Below are positions 28,516-38,444 of a DNA stretch of 64,000 nucleotides, in pieces; within the stretch, counting starts at the first letter, position 1, and each line of letters opens with the position of its first letter. The DNA is from an uncultured delta proteobacterium. Lineage in GTDB: Bacteria > Desulfobacterota > Binatia > Binatales > Binataceae. Made by a program: the position numbers and the translations under genes. Under the pieces are notes generated by a model, which did not search any database, had not been told where the DNA came from, and saw only the letters and a program-made list of their open reading frames with translations. The stretch covers positions 544,001-608,000 of the forward strand of contig CAWJET010000002.1 of NCBI GenBank assembly GCA_963842085.1. Direction: 5' to 3'.

Positions 28516-30387
28516 TTGAACGCTGAATCGACAATCGCCGCGCCCCCTGCTGCAACCGAGTTGGCGTTTCCCGACGCGCGCAGCTTGCGCTCCCGCGACG
28601 TGTTCCGGCTGGTCGCGCGCGTGTGGCCGTTCATTCGCCCCTACCGGCGCCATCTCGTGTATCTGTTCGTGGCCACGCTGCCGGCTCTCCTCGGCGGACT
28701 CATTGGGCTCAACCTCATCCGTGTTTTCTTCGACGTCGTCGGTCACGGCGCCGCCTTGACGCCCGCGCAGGCGTGGATGCTCCGCGTGCCGCTGCATGCC
28801 GATCGGCGGATCGTCCTCGCTCACGCATGCGTCGTCGGCGGGATCGCGTCGGTTGGCGCCCTGATCGTTGTCGCATTTCTTTTCGGCTATGCGATCTGGA
28901 TTCTGCAGCGCATCAGCAACCTCTTCCGCGTCAATCTTTACACCCGGATGCAGGAACTGAGCGTCCGCTTTCACTCTGAAGAGAAGATCGGCGACGCGAT
29001 CTTCCGGATGTTCCAGGACTCCGCCGCGATTCCGAGTGTCATCGACGGCCTGATCGTTCGGCCGCTGATTTTCATTCCCGCCGCCATCGCCACGCTGCTC
29101 TATCTGGTTTGGTACGACTACCGGATGGCGCTGATCGCGGCCCTGCTGATGCCCGCGAACTTCATACTGGCATGGAGGTTCGCCGATTCGATGCGTACCG
29201 CGTTCATCGCCGAGCGCGAAACCACGGCGCGTGCGACAACCCGCATCGAGGAAACGCTCGCATCGATCAAAACCGTCAAGGCGTTTGGTACTGAAGCGAT
29301 CGAAACCGAGAACTACGCGCGCGAGAACTGGGACGCATTCCTGGCCGGCCGCCGCGCGCGCCTGATGCTCGCGCGATACCGCGTCACGACCAACACCGTC
29401 CGCGGTCTCGCCTATGTTGCCGCGTTGTACGTCGGCGCGACCGAAGTGATGGCGGGCGGAACCGCGGGCCTTGCGCACGTCGCCGTTTCGCTGGGACTGT
29501 TCCAGGGCTCGCTGGTGCTGGTCGGGCACGTCAGTGCGCGCACGCGAAATCTCACCAACCTTTGGGGCAGCATGCAGGATGTGATCGTCGCGATCTCGCG
29601 GGTGCTCGAGATGCTTGGTCAAACGCCCGAGCAAGGCGTCGCCGCTGGCCATCGAATCCCGCCGCGTACGGCGACGGTCCTGGCCTTCGACGACGTGGCG
29701 TTCGGTTACGACCCGCGCACGCCCGTCCTCACCGGCGTGAATCTCGAGGGCCGCGTCGGTGAAATTACCGCGATCGCCGGCCCCAGCGGCTCCGGCAAGA
29801 GCACCATCGTCTCTCTGATCGTGAGATTTTTCGATCCCACAGCCGGCCGTGTCCTGCTCGACGCCCAACCGATTGCCGGCTTCGATCTTCCCGCCTGGCG
29901 CGGGATGCTCTCCGTCGCGCTGCAGGAAAATCCGCTCTTCACCGCGACTCTGCGCGACAACGTAGCGTACGGCCGCCCGAACGCCTCGACGGCCGAAGTC
30001 GTCGAAGCGCTCCACCGCGCCGGTCTCGGCGACTTCGTTGGCTCGCTTCCGGCCGGCCTCGACACCGTGCTCGGCGAAAAGGGCGCGAAGCTTTCTGCCG
30101 GGCAGGCGCAGCGCCTGGGCCTCGCGCGAGCGATTTTGCGCGACGCACCGATTCTTCTGCTCGACGAACCGACCTCGGCGCTCGATGTGGCCACCGAAGA
30201 CACGGTGATGGCCGGCTTGCGCGAATGGGTGAACGAGGAGCCCAAGCGCCGGATGGTCATTCTCGCGACCCATCGGCTCACCACCGCGTCACGCGCCGAT
30301 CGAATCTACCAGATTGCCGGCGGCCGGCTCGTTGCCGACGACGAATCAGCCGCCGACGTCCCGATTCGCGAGGTGAGCAATGCCTGA
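28516..30387 (+). CDS. ABC exporter half-transporter (TMD+NBD)
   Basis: GPSGSGKST, LSAGQ, LLLDEPT and THR motifs; N-terminal TM helices. Confidence 0.93.
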   Translation: MNAESTIAAPPAATELAFPDARSLRSRDVFRLVARVWPFIRPYRRHLVYLFVATLPALLGGLIGLNLIRVFFDVVGHGAALTPAQAWMLRVPLHADRRIVLAHACVVGGIASVGALIVVAFLFGYAIWILQRISNLFRVNLYTRMQELSVRFHSEEKIGDAIFRMFQDSAAIPSVIDGLIVRPLIFIPAAIATLLYLVWYDYRMALIAALLMPANFILAWRFADSMRTAFIAERETTARATTRIEETLASIKTVKAFGTEAIETENYARENWDAFLAGRRARLMLARYRVTTNTVRGLAYVAALYVGATEVMAGGTAGLAHVAVSLGLFQGSLVLVGHVSARTRNLTNLWGSMQDVIVAISRVLEMLGQTPEQGVAAGHRIPPRTATVLAFDDVAFGYDPRTPVLTGVNLEGRVGEITAIAGPSGSGKSTIVSLIVRFFDPTAGRVLLDAQPIAGFDLPAWRGMLSVALQENPLFTATLRDNVAYGRPNASTAEVVEALHRAGLGDFVGSLPAGLDTVLGEKGAKLSAGQAQRLGLARAILRDAPILLLDEPTSALDVATEDTVMAGLREWVNEEPKRRMVILATHRLTTASRADRIYQIAGGRLVADDESAADVPIREVSNA

Positions 30388-32362
30388 CGTCGCTGCGCAA
30401 CGCGACTCGCGCGCGAATCTTCTTTATGCCGGCGAACAGGCGCCGCTCACGTGGCGCGAGGCCTGGCGCCTGCTGGTCAAGAGCTGGCCCTTCGTCAGCC
30501 GCTATCGCCGGCTCGTCGCGATCAAGTGCGCGCTGGTTTTCATCTCGCTGACCTTTTTTCTGATGACGCCGTGGCCCCTGAAAATCGTCATCGACAACGT
30601 GATCGACGGCCACCCGCTGACCGGCATTCCTGCCGCGATTCTGACGCCGCTGGCCGGCGCCAGCCGCACTGGGCTGCTCGTTGCGGTCACGATGTTCCTG
30701 GCGATTGCCGTAGTTCTCATCGGGATGGTTGCCGGCGACGCGCAGTCGCTCGGCACCAACGTGAACAGCGGCGGGCTCGACCAGGCCGGCCTCACCGCCA
30801 ACGACGCCAACGACGGCGGCAGCCTGTGGAACGGCCTGTTCGGCTACCTTGAGGCGCGCGTTACGATCGATCTCACGCAGCGGATGAACCAATCGCTCCG
30901 CACCGCAATCTACGAGCGCTTCCTGCGCTCGCCGCTGGCGCTTTACGCCGACCAGAAAATCGGCGACGCCGTTTTCCGCGTGATGTACGACAGCGCGTCG
31001 ATCGGCCCGGTATTCTATCGCGGCGTGCTGGCGCCAATCATGTCGATGTTCATGTTCGTGATGGCGCTGATCGTGCTCTCCGCACAATTCAGCAACCAGC
31101 CGGTGATCATCGGCGTCGCGATTCTGTTTCTGCCCGTGGTCGCCATCGGCAGCAGCCTTTTCGGTCGCGCGATTCGCGATCAGAGCCAGTCGATGCGCGA
31201 AAGCGGCAGCCACGTGATGGCCGCGTTCGAGGAGCGCATTGCCCAGGTCCAGCTAATCAAGGCATTCGGACAGGAGTCGCGCGAGACCGCCGCGGTCGAC
31301 GCCGCCAGCTGGCAGTCCTACCGCGCGACGCTCCGCATGCTCGCGATCATCTTAGTGCTCGCGATCGTGCTCGCGCCCGCGTGCAGCGCGCTGATCGGAT
31401 ACTGCATCTACTATCTGATGATGCAGGTGATTGCGGGCCGGATGACGCTCGGCGATATCGTCCTGCTTGCGGCCTACGGCTCGATGCTCGCGAATCCGAT
31501 GGCTATCATCGGCGGCACGTGGGCCTCGGTGCAGGCGTCGGTCGCGGGACTCCGGCGCGTGCATAGCGTGCTCGACAACCTCCCTGAGCCGGTCGCCGAC
31601 GGCCGCCGCGACGGACTCGACGGGCGCGTCAGCAGGCTGGAATTCAGCGGCGTCGCAATCGGCTATGGCGCCGCAGCGGTGCTCAGCGGCGTCACGATGT
31701 CGATGCGCGCCGGTGAGATGGTTGCGCTGGCGGGACCGAGCGGGTGCGGCAAGACCACGCTCATCCATTCGATCCCGCGCTTCGTCGAGCCGTCAGCGGG
31801 GACGATCGCCTTCGATGGCGTCGATTCGCGCGTCGTCGCGCCTGACACAATTCGCGCGCGCGTTGGATTCGTATTTCAGAATGAGGCGCTGTTCTCGACC
31901 TCTATCGAGGACAACATCCGTTATGGCAGCGCCGGCGCGTCGAAGGCCGACGTTCGCCAAGCAGCGGCGATGGCTGGGGCGGCGGAATTTATCGAGCGGC
32001 TACCGGACGGTTACTCTACTGTGCTCGGGCGGCGTGGCGCGCGCCTCTCGGTCGGACAGAAACAGCGAATTGCCATCGCACGCGCCCTGCTTCGACGCCC
32101 GGAAATCATCGTCCTCGACGAGCCGGCTGCGCCGCTCGATCCCGCCACGGAATCTGATCTCATAAAAACGCTGGCCGCGCTCGCTCGCGATCGAATCGTC
32201 ATCATCGTCGCCCATCGCGCCAGCACGCTGGCCGCATGCAACCGCGTCATTTTCATCGACGGCGGTACGATTACCGCCTCCGGCACGCATGCTCACCTGC
32301 TCGCGACGAACCTCCGCTACCAGGCCTACCTGGCGCAGACTGCCGCCGAAATTCCCGCCTGA
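30380..32362 (+). CDS. ABC exporter half-transporter (TMD+NBD), partner subunit
   Basis: GPSGCGKTT, LSVGQ, VLDEPAAPLD and AHR motifs; overlaps the previous gene. Confidence 0.93.
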   Translation: MPDVAAQRDSRANLLYAGEQAPLTWREAWRLLVKSWPFVSRYRRLVAIKCALVFISLTFFLMTPWPLKIVIDNVIDGHPLTGIPAAILTPLAGASRTGLLVAVTMFLAIAVVLIGMVAGDAQSLGTNVNSGGLDQAGLTANDANDGGSLWNGLFGYLEARVTIDLTQRMNQSLRTAIYERFLRSPLALYADQKIGDAVFRVMYDSASIGPVFYRGVLAPIMSMFMFVMALIVLSAQFSNQPVIIGVAILFLPVVAIGSSLFGRAIRDQSQSMRESGSHVMAAFEERIAQVQLIKAFGQESRETAAVDAASWQSYRATLRMLAIILVLAIVLAPACSALIGYCIYYLMMQVIAGRMTLGDIVLLAAYGSMLANPMAIIGGTWASVQASVAGLRRVHSVLDNLPEPVADGRRDGLDGRVSRLEFSGVAIGYGAAAVLSGVTMSMRAGEMVALAGPSGCGKTTLIHSIPRFVEPSAGTIAFDGVDSRVVAPDTIRARVGFVFQNEALFSTSIEDNIRYGSAGASKADVRQAAAMAGAAEFIERLPDGYSTVLGRRGARLSVGQKQRIAIARALLRRPEIIVLDEPAAPLDPATESDLIKTLAALARDRIVIIVAHRASTLAACNRVIFIDGGTITASGTHAHLLATNLRYQAYLAQTAAEIPA

Positions 32363-32450
32363 TTGTGGCCCGTTGATTGCTCTTCAAATAACGCCGACCG
32401 TGCTGCCGATGCTGAATTCCGCGTCAGTTACGGCGGTGAGGTGATCTGTC

Positions 32451-33941
32451 ATGACTTCGACTGTTTCCGAAACAGGCAGGGCGGTGCCCGTTTGGGCGGC
32501 GTACAAGCCGGACACGAGCGCTTTCGACGAGATGCTTGATCTCTCGAGCCATCCGCGCGCTGGATGCGAGGCCGTCATCGACACGTTGTTCGCTATGCCG
32601 CCCGCGCAGTTCACCGAAATCTGTGCGCGCGCCGACCGAATGTTCCGCCGCATGGGCGTGACCTTCAACGTTTACGGCGCCGCCGACGGCTCCGAGCGCA
32701 TCTTTCCGTTCGATCCCATTCCGCGCGTGATCGACGCCGCCACGTGGGCCACGCTCGAGGCCGGCCTGATTCAACGTGTGCGCGCGCTCAACGCGTTCGT
32801 CGCCGACGTCTACGGTGACGGATGCATCCTCGCCGACGAAGTGGTGCCGCGCGAGCTCGTCCTCGGATGCCCGCAGTTTCGCCGTGCCGCCGTCGGCATC
32901 AAGCCTCCGCTGGGCAACTTCGTCACCGTCGCGGGAATCGATTTGGTGCGCGGCGTAGACGGCCGCTTTTACGTGCTCGAGGACAACCTCCGCACTCCAA
33001 GCGGCGTTTCTTACGTGATCGAAAATCGCGTCGTCATGACGCGCCTGGTCCCCACGCTGATGCGCGCATCGCGCGTTCGCTCGGTGGAGCGCTACCCCGC
33101 CGACCTGCTGCAATGCCTGATGGAGATGTCGCCGGCCGGCAAATCCAATCCCACCATCGCACTGCTCACGCCCGGCCCCTACAACTCCGCGTTCTTCGAG
33201 CACGTCTTTCTGTCGCAGCAGATGGGCATCGAGCTGGTCGAGGGCCAGGACCTGGTCTGCGTCGATCGCAAGCTCTACATGAAGGACGTTCACGGGCTGC
33301 GCCAAATCGACGTCCTCTACCGGCGCATCGACGACGACTTCCTCGACCCGCTCGTATTCCGCCCCGATTCTCTCCTCGGCGTCGCGGGCCTGACCGCGGT
33401 TCTGCGCTCCGGCAATGCCGCCATCGCCAACGGCGTCGGCACGGGAGTCGCCGACGACAAGGCCGTCTATGCCTACACGCCCGCGATGATTCGCTACTAT
33501 CTTGCCGAGGAGCCGATTCTCCCCATCGTCGAGACCTATCTGCTGCGCGACCCCGAGATTCGGGAGCAGGTGCTCAAAAATCTCGAACGCTACGTGGTCA
33601 AGCCGACCGGCGCGTCCGGCGGATACGGCGTCGTCATCGGTCCCAAGGCCGACGAAGCTGAGCTCGCCGCCACCCGCGAACGAATTCTCAACGATCCATC
33701 CGCCTTCATCGCGCAGCCCGTCATCGCGCTCTCAGTCCATCCCACGATCATTCACAACGGCTCTGAGAGCGGCATGAAGCTGATGCCGCGGCACATCGAC
33801 TTTCGCCCCTTCGTGCTGCTCGGCGCCAAGCCGCGCGTGCTGGCGGGCGGTCTGACGCGGGTCGCGCTGCGCGAGGGCTCGTTGATCGTGAATTCATCCC
33901 AGGGCGGAGGCAGCAAGGACACCTGGGTGCTCGAGGCCTGA
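32451..33941 (+). CDS. Circularly permuted type 2 ATP-grasp protein
   Basis: PFDPIPR, VLEDNLRTPSGVSY, YRRIDDDFLDP, GGLTRVAL and VNSSQGGGSKDTWV motifs. Confidence 0.95.
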   Translation: MTSTVSETGRAVPVWAAYKPDTSAFDEMLDLSSHPRAGCEAVIDTLFAMPPAQFTEICARADRMFRRMGVTFNVYGAADGSERIFPFDPIPRVIDAATWATLEAGLIQRVRALNAFVADVYGDGCILADEVVPRELVLGCPQFRRAAVGIKPPLGNFVTVAGIDLVRGVDGRFYVLEDNLRTPSGVSYVIENRVVMTRLVPTLMRASRVRSVERYPADLLQCLMEMSPAGKSNPTIALLTPGPYNSAFFEHVFLSQQMGIELVEGQDLVCVDRKLYMKDVHGLRQIDVLYRRIDDDFLDPLVFRPDSLLGVAGLTAVLRSGNAAIANGVGTGVADDKAVYAYTPAMIRYYLAEEPILPIVETYLLRDPEIREQVLKNLERYVVKPTGASGGYGVVIGPKADEAELAATRERILNDPSAFIAQPVIALSVHPTIIHNGSESGMKLMPRHIDFRPFVLLGAKPRVLAGGLTRVALREGSLIVNSSQGGGSKDTWVLEA

Positions 33942-34882
33942 TGCTCCGGCGAATCGCGAGTCATCTTTTCTGGACTGCGCGCAATTTGGAACGAGCCGAG
34001 TGGCGCGCGCGGCTGCTCGACGTCAACTACCATCTCCTGATCGAGAGTCCGCCGCGCGACGCGCAACCGTGGGCACCCCTGCTAGCGATTTTCGGCGAGC
34101 GCGAACTGTTTACCGAGTCCTACGCCACCGCCGACGACGCCTCCATCCTCAACTTTTTCGCGCTCGATACCGCCAATCCCAATTCGATTCGCAGTTGCAT
34201 CAACACCGCCCGCAACAACGCCATCTCGCTGCGCCATTACATCTCGTCCGAACTGTGGCTCGACCTCAACACGCTCTACCTGACCGCCCAGGAATGGACG
34301 CCCGAACTTTTCGTCTGGCCCGGCGTGTTCGCGTTCTTCGCCGATCTCAAGGACAGCTTCTATCGCCTGTCCGGCATTCGCCAGAGCACCATCCCGCGCG
34401 ACATCGCTTACGACTTCATGCAACTCGGCATCATGCTCGAGCGGACCGAGGACGTCTCCCGGCTGCTCGACGTCAAGTACCATTTCCTGCTGCCGCGGTT
34501 GGAAGACGTCGGCGGGTCGCTCGACATCCTGCAATGGGCGGCGGTACTGCGCAGCGCGTCGGGACTCGAGGCCTACCGCAAGCGCTTCGGAAACTCGATC
34601 AGAATCGACAACGTTGTCGAGATCCTGCTGTTCGATCCGACCTTCCCGCGCTCGGCGCGATTCGCGCTCGCGATGCTCGAAACCTCACTCAACCGCATCA
34701 AGAGCCAGGCGCCTGAGCCCTCGCCGCCCTACTCGCAGCTCGAGGACCTGCTGGCGCTGATGCGCTCGGAGCGCTCGCTGGAGGTGATCAAGTCCGGCCT
34801 GCATCAGTTCCTCATTCAGATTCAGGACGGATGCGCCGCGCTGGGCGACGAGGTCTTTCAACGCTACCTCAAGACCGATTGA
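33941..34882 (+). CDS. Alpha-E domain protein
   Basis: MLRRIASHLFWTARNLERAE..ARLLDV, second ER motif, FPRS. Confidence 0.93.
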   Translation: MLRRIASHLFWTARNLERAEWRARLLDVNYHLLIESPPRDAQPWAPLLAIFGERELFTESYATADDASILNFFALDTANPNSIRSCINTARNNAISLRHYISSELWLDLNTLYLTAQEWTPELFVWPGVFAFFADLKDSFYRLSGIRQSTIPRDIAYDFMQLGIMLERTEDVSRLLDVKYHFLLPRLEDVGGSLDILQWAAVLRSASGLEAYRKRFGNSIRIDNVVEILLFDPTFPRSARFALAMLETSLNRIKSQAPEPSPPYSQLEDLLALMRSERSLEVIKSGLHQFLIQIQDGCAALGDEVFQRYLKTD

Positions 34883-34891
34883 ATTGACGCG

Positions 34892-35803
34892 ATGCTGCTG
34901 CGGATCTGCCACACCACCCGCTTCGAGTACCAGATGCTGGCCTACGATTCGCACAACGAGGCGCGAATGAAGCCGCTTGAAGGTGCCCATCAGCGCTGCC
35001 TGGAGTTCGAATTGATGATCAGGCCCGAGGCGTCCGCGTTTGAATACGACGACTACTACGGCAATCGCGTGCACGCCTTTTCGATCCATGTCCCGCATCC
35101 CGCGCTCATCGTGGCGGCGAAATCTCTGGTCGAGTGCATGCCCGGCCCGCGGCCCACCGCCACGTCGATGCCGTTCGGGGAGTACCTGCTCGACGACCAT
35201 ATACGCAATCGGACCGAATACGATTTCCTCAACGCCAGCCGCCACGTTCCGTTCAGTGAGCCGATGCGGAAATTTTTCTGGCTGACCAAACCCGATCCCG
35301 CCGAGGACGTGATTGCCTACGCGAACCGCGTCGTCGCCTTTGTCCGCGACCAGTTCATTTACGAGCCCGGAATGACCAAGGTGCATTCGACCGCCGACGA
35401 AATTCTCACCGTCGGCGGCGGCGTATGCCAGGACTTTGCGCATCTAACCATCGGCGTGCTCCGCCTGGCCGGCGTTCCCGCGCGCTACGTCTCCGGCTAC
35501 CTGGCGCCTGCCGCCAAATCCACGGTCGAGAGCGTAGGCGCACAAGCCAGCCACGCATGGCTCGAAGCGCAGCTACCCGGTATGGGATGGACGGGATTCG
35601 ATCCAACCAACGGATGCATGGTGGACGAGCGTCACATCCGCGTAGCCGTAGGACGCGACTACTCCGACGTTCCCCCCTTGCGCGGCGTCTATAGAAGCCA
35701 GGGCGGCAAGCAAGTGATGTCGGTGGAACTGGAGATAGAGCCGCAGCCCGATCCGCACGGGTCCGACTCGGGCAATAACGCCAACCAACAAAACCAGCAG
35801 TAA
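34892..35803 (+). CDS. Transglutaminase-like protein
   Basis: GVCQDFAH, ARYVSGY, SHAW, GFDPTN and GRDYSDVPP (C-H-D triad). Confidence 0.95.
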   Translation: MLLRICHTTRFEYQMLAYDSHNEARMKPLEGAHQRCLEFELMIRPEASAFEYDDYYGNRVHAFSIHVPHPALIVAAKSLVECMPGPRPTATSMPFGEYLLDDHIRNRTEYDFLNASRHVPFSEPMRKFFWLTKPDPAEDVIAYANRVVAFVRDQFIYEPGMTKVHSTADEILTVGGGVCQDFAHLTIGVLRLAGVPARYVSGYLAPAAKSTVESVGAQASHAWLEAQLPGMGWTGFDPTNGCMVDERHIRVAVGRDYSDVPPLRGVYRSQGGKQVMSVELEIEPQPDPHGSDSGNNANQQNQQ

Positions 35804-35846
35804 CTCTTGCCCGCAGCAGTGGCCGCGCGCGACAACGGAGCGCGGC

Positions 35847-35876
35847 CTTAACACTGGGTGCAGGGGTCACCCCTGC
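35847..35876. repeat. Short palindromic repeat family 3 copy, possibly terminator-like
   Basis: CTTAACACTGGGTGCAGGGGTCACCCCTGC between convergent genes. Confidence 0.55.
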
Positions 35877-36649
35877 TACTTGCCCTGGAACTTCGGCGCG
35901 CGCTTTTGCTGAAAGGCGGTGATGCCTTCCTTGTAATCCGCCGTTCGACCCGCCGCGCCTTGTGCCTGCGCCTCGCACTTCAGAACCGCGAACAGGCCCA
36001 TCGCCTCTTCGTCGATCCTGCGCACCAGGTGCTTCGAATGCATGAACGCCGCGGTCGGACCCTGCGCAACCTGCGCTGCAACCTTCCGCGTCTCCGCGGT
36101 GAGCGAGTCCTTCGGCATGCTCCGATTCACGAGTCCAAGCTGCGCCGCTTCCGCACCAGAGAGCAATCGGCCCGTGTAGATCAGCTCGAGCGCGCGATGC
36201 GTCCCGAGGCGCGAGACGAAAAACGAATGCCCGCCCGAGTCGAGCACCGCGCCGATTCGCGCGAACGGCGATCCGATCCTGGCGTCGTCGGCGACATAGA
36301 CCACGTCGCATCCCAGCGCGAGCCCCAGCCCGACTCCCAGGCACGCGCCATGCACCGCGGCAAAAGTCGGCGCCGGGAACGCGACGATTCGCTTGATCAG
36401 CGGATTGAAGGTGCTCTCGATTATCGCTTCGGCGTCCTCGGTTCCAGGATGCGCATCCGCGAGGTCGCGGCCGGCCGAGAACGCAGGACCTTCGCCGCGA
36501 ATCATCATCGCACGGACGCCCTGCGACGCCGCGCGCTCGAGGCATCCGTTGAGCTCGGCCACCATCGCGTCGTTCAACGCGTTCATCTTGTCGGCCCGGT
36601 TGAGAACGATTTCAGCAAGACCGCCTTCGACCGACAAATCGACGCTCAT
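35876..36649 (-). CDS. PaaG-like enoyl-CoA isomerase/hydratase
   Basis: FSAGRDL; no Glu pair; FARIGAVLDSGG Asp motif as in PaaG-type crotonases. Confidence 0.85.
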   Translation of the reverse strand: MSVDLSVEGGLAEIVLNRADKMNALNDAMVAELNGCLERAASQGVRAMMIRGEGPAFSAGRDLADAHPGTEDAEAIIESTFNPLIKRIVAFPAPTFAAVHGACLGVGLGLALGCDVVYVADDARIGSPFARIGAVLDSGGHSFFVSRLGTHRALELIYTGRLLSGAEAAQLGLVNRSMPKDSLTAETRKVAAQVAQGPTAAFMHSKHLVRRIDEEAMGLFAVLKCEAQAQGAAGRTADYKEGITAFQQKRAPKFQGK

Positions 36650-36669
36650 ATTGGTGGCCTCAGAGTTTT

Positions 36670-37692
36670 TCAGAACACCGGGATAATGTCCTCGGCGGTG
36701 ATATCGCCGACGTCAACTCCCTCAATATCAAGTTCGGGAATCGCGGGGAACTGGATGTCCCATTTTTCGACCAGCTTGCGCACGCGCGCGATCGCCAGCC
36801 GCCAGTTGTCCGCTTGCTGCTCGTACGTCAGAATTCCGAGCCCCGCCTCGCGCGCCACACCAAGCAGGACTCTCTGGTTATGGAGAAAATAGCCGGGCAA
36901 ATCCCAGAACTGCGCCGGCGGCTCCCACAGCACCATCGACAGGAACACGAATCCGGCCCGAAGCTGCTTGGTGATGAACGTTTTGTGCTCATCGGTGAGT
37001 CCGGGCCACTCCTTCTCGAGCAGGTTGATGCAGATCTGGAGATGACGCGCCTCGTCGCGTCCGATTTTCGTGAAGATGTCGCGGAACACCGGATGCGTCG
37101 TGGCGTGCGCCATGCCGTGGAACAGCGTCGACGATGCCACCTCACCCATCATGAACGAGGTGAAGATGACAGCGAGGGGATAACGATCGATCGCGCGGTT
37201 GTACCCGGTCCAATAGCGGCCGCCGTTATGGTAGAGCCAGCCGATATTGTTGAGTGCGACGCGCTGCAGCTCGCTGGTGGGCGTGAAGCCTTGCGGCCCG
37301 TTGGGCACCAAACGCTGGATAACGCGCTGGCAGGTCTCCTCGTGATTGGTCTCGTCGCGGGTAATGGAAAAGAAGCATTTGCGGACCGGGTCTTCCTCGT
37401 GCATCTCCCACGCATGAATCGTCGCGCGCGCGAACACCGCCGGCCCCGACGAATCGAAGTTGGACAGGAGCGCCCACCAGTACATGATCGCAACCTTCTC
37501 GTCGTCGCTCCACGCCTCGGGCGAAAGCTCGCTCCAGTTGATATCGGCGGGATTGAAGCCCTCGCGCTTGGCGCGTTCGTAAATTTCCGCGAGCTTCGGC
37601 GTCTCGCACCGCCATTCGATCGGAAAGATATTAGGCTGCGCGACGGCCGGCGTCTCGACCAGGCCGCCCGCCGGAATTTCGAATTCGGTCAT
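36670..37692 (-). CDS. Ferritin-like diiron-carboxylate protein
   Basis: Two DExxH motifs (RDETNH, RDEARH) with an intervening GEVA. Confidence 0.8.
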   Translation of the reverse strand: MTEFEIPAGGLVETPAVAQPNIFPIEWRCETPKLAEIYERAKREGFNPADINWSELSPEAWSDDEKVAIMYWWALLSNFDSSGPAVFARATIHAWEMHEEDPVRKCFFSITRDETNHEETCQRVIQRLVPNGPQGFTPTSELQRVALNNIGWLYHNGGRYWTGYNRAIDRYPLAVIFTSFMMGEVASSTLFHGMAHATTHPVFRDIFTKIGRDEARHLQICINLLEKEWPGLTDEHKTFITKQLRAGFVFLSMVLWEPPAQFWDLPGYFLHNQRVLLGVAREAGLGILTYEQQADNWRLAIARVRKLVEKWDIQFPAIPELDIEGVDVGDITAEDIIPVF

Positions 37693-37716
37693 CGGCGTTT
37701 GTCTCCCGATCTAAAT

Positions 37717-38349
37717 TTACCTACCATTCGGTTGATTTGTCAAAACGCGGCGGCCCGCGCCCCGCCCCATCCCCTCGAACGCAACCCGAAAGATCGCCTC
37801 GGCCACCTCCGGCGCGTCGAGCCCGCCCCCCGGCCGGTACCATTCAGTAACGGAGTTGAGCATTCCGAACAGCAGCCGCGTCGCCAGCCGCGGCTCGACG
37901 TCCGCGCGCAAATCGCCCTGGCGCTGCGCATTGCGCATCACCCGGGCAATCAGATGGTCGAACGCGCGGCGCCGCTCCATGATCCGCCGCTCGACCGGAG
38001 TGTTACCGCGCACGCGCAGCAACAGCGCCACCTCGGGCAATTGATCTACGGTGATTTCGATGGTGCGATGCACGATATACTTGAGCCGCGCCGCCGCGCG
38101 GCCCCGCTTTGCGGGCCGCTCGTCGAGCACCGCGAACAGCGCGTCGAGCGCGCGTCCAACGCCACGTGCCAGCAGCTCCTCCTTGCCGCGAACGTGATAG
38201 TAGATGCTGGCCTTGGTGATTCCCGCTGCCCGCGCGATGTCGTCGAGCGAGCTGCCGTCGTACCCGCGTCTGAGAAACACGCGCACCGCCACGTCCAGGA
38301 TGGCCTCTAGGTTGTAGGGCTTGCGCTGCTTCGCCGATGGACGGCCCAC
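37717..38349 (-). CDS. TetR/AcrR family regulator (PaaR/KstR2-like)
   Basis: GYDGSSLDDIARAAGITKASIYYH..GKEELL HTH; C-terminal LFGMLNSVTEWYRPGG. Confidence 0.93.
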   Translation of the reverse strand: MGRPSAKQRKPYNLEAILDVAVRVFLRRGYDGSSLDDIARAAGITKASIYYHVRGKEELLARGVGRALDALFAVLDERPAKRGRAAARLKYIVHRTIEITVDQLPEVALLLRVRGNTPVERRIMERRRAFDHLIARVMRNAQRQGDLRADVEPRLATRLLFGMLNSVTEWYRPGGGLDAPEVAEAIFRVAFEGMGRGAGRRVLTNQPNGR

Positions 38350-38444
38350 GCGTCTGTCACCTCCAGAGGCCGAGTAGTTTGACTGGATGCGCGCGCGCTT
38401 GCCAGTCTTCTTTCACCGTCAGTGATGTCGCCGGGGAAACCACG

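Noticed and set aside
28021-30273. 750-aa antisense ORF
   Set aside because: Shadow of the ABC transporter gene in high-GC DNA; no motifs
36814-38310. 498-aa plus-strand ORF
   Set aside because: Antisense shadow spanning the diiron and TetR genes
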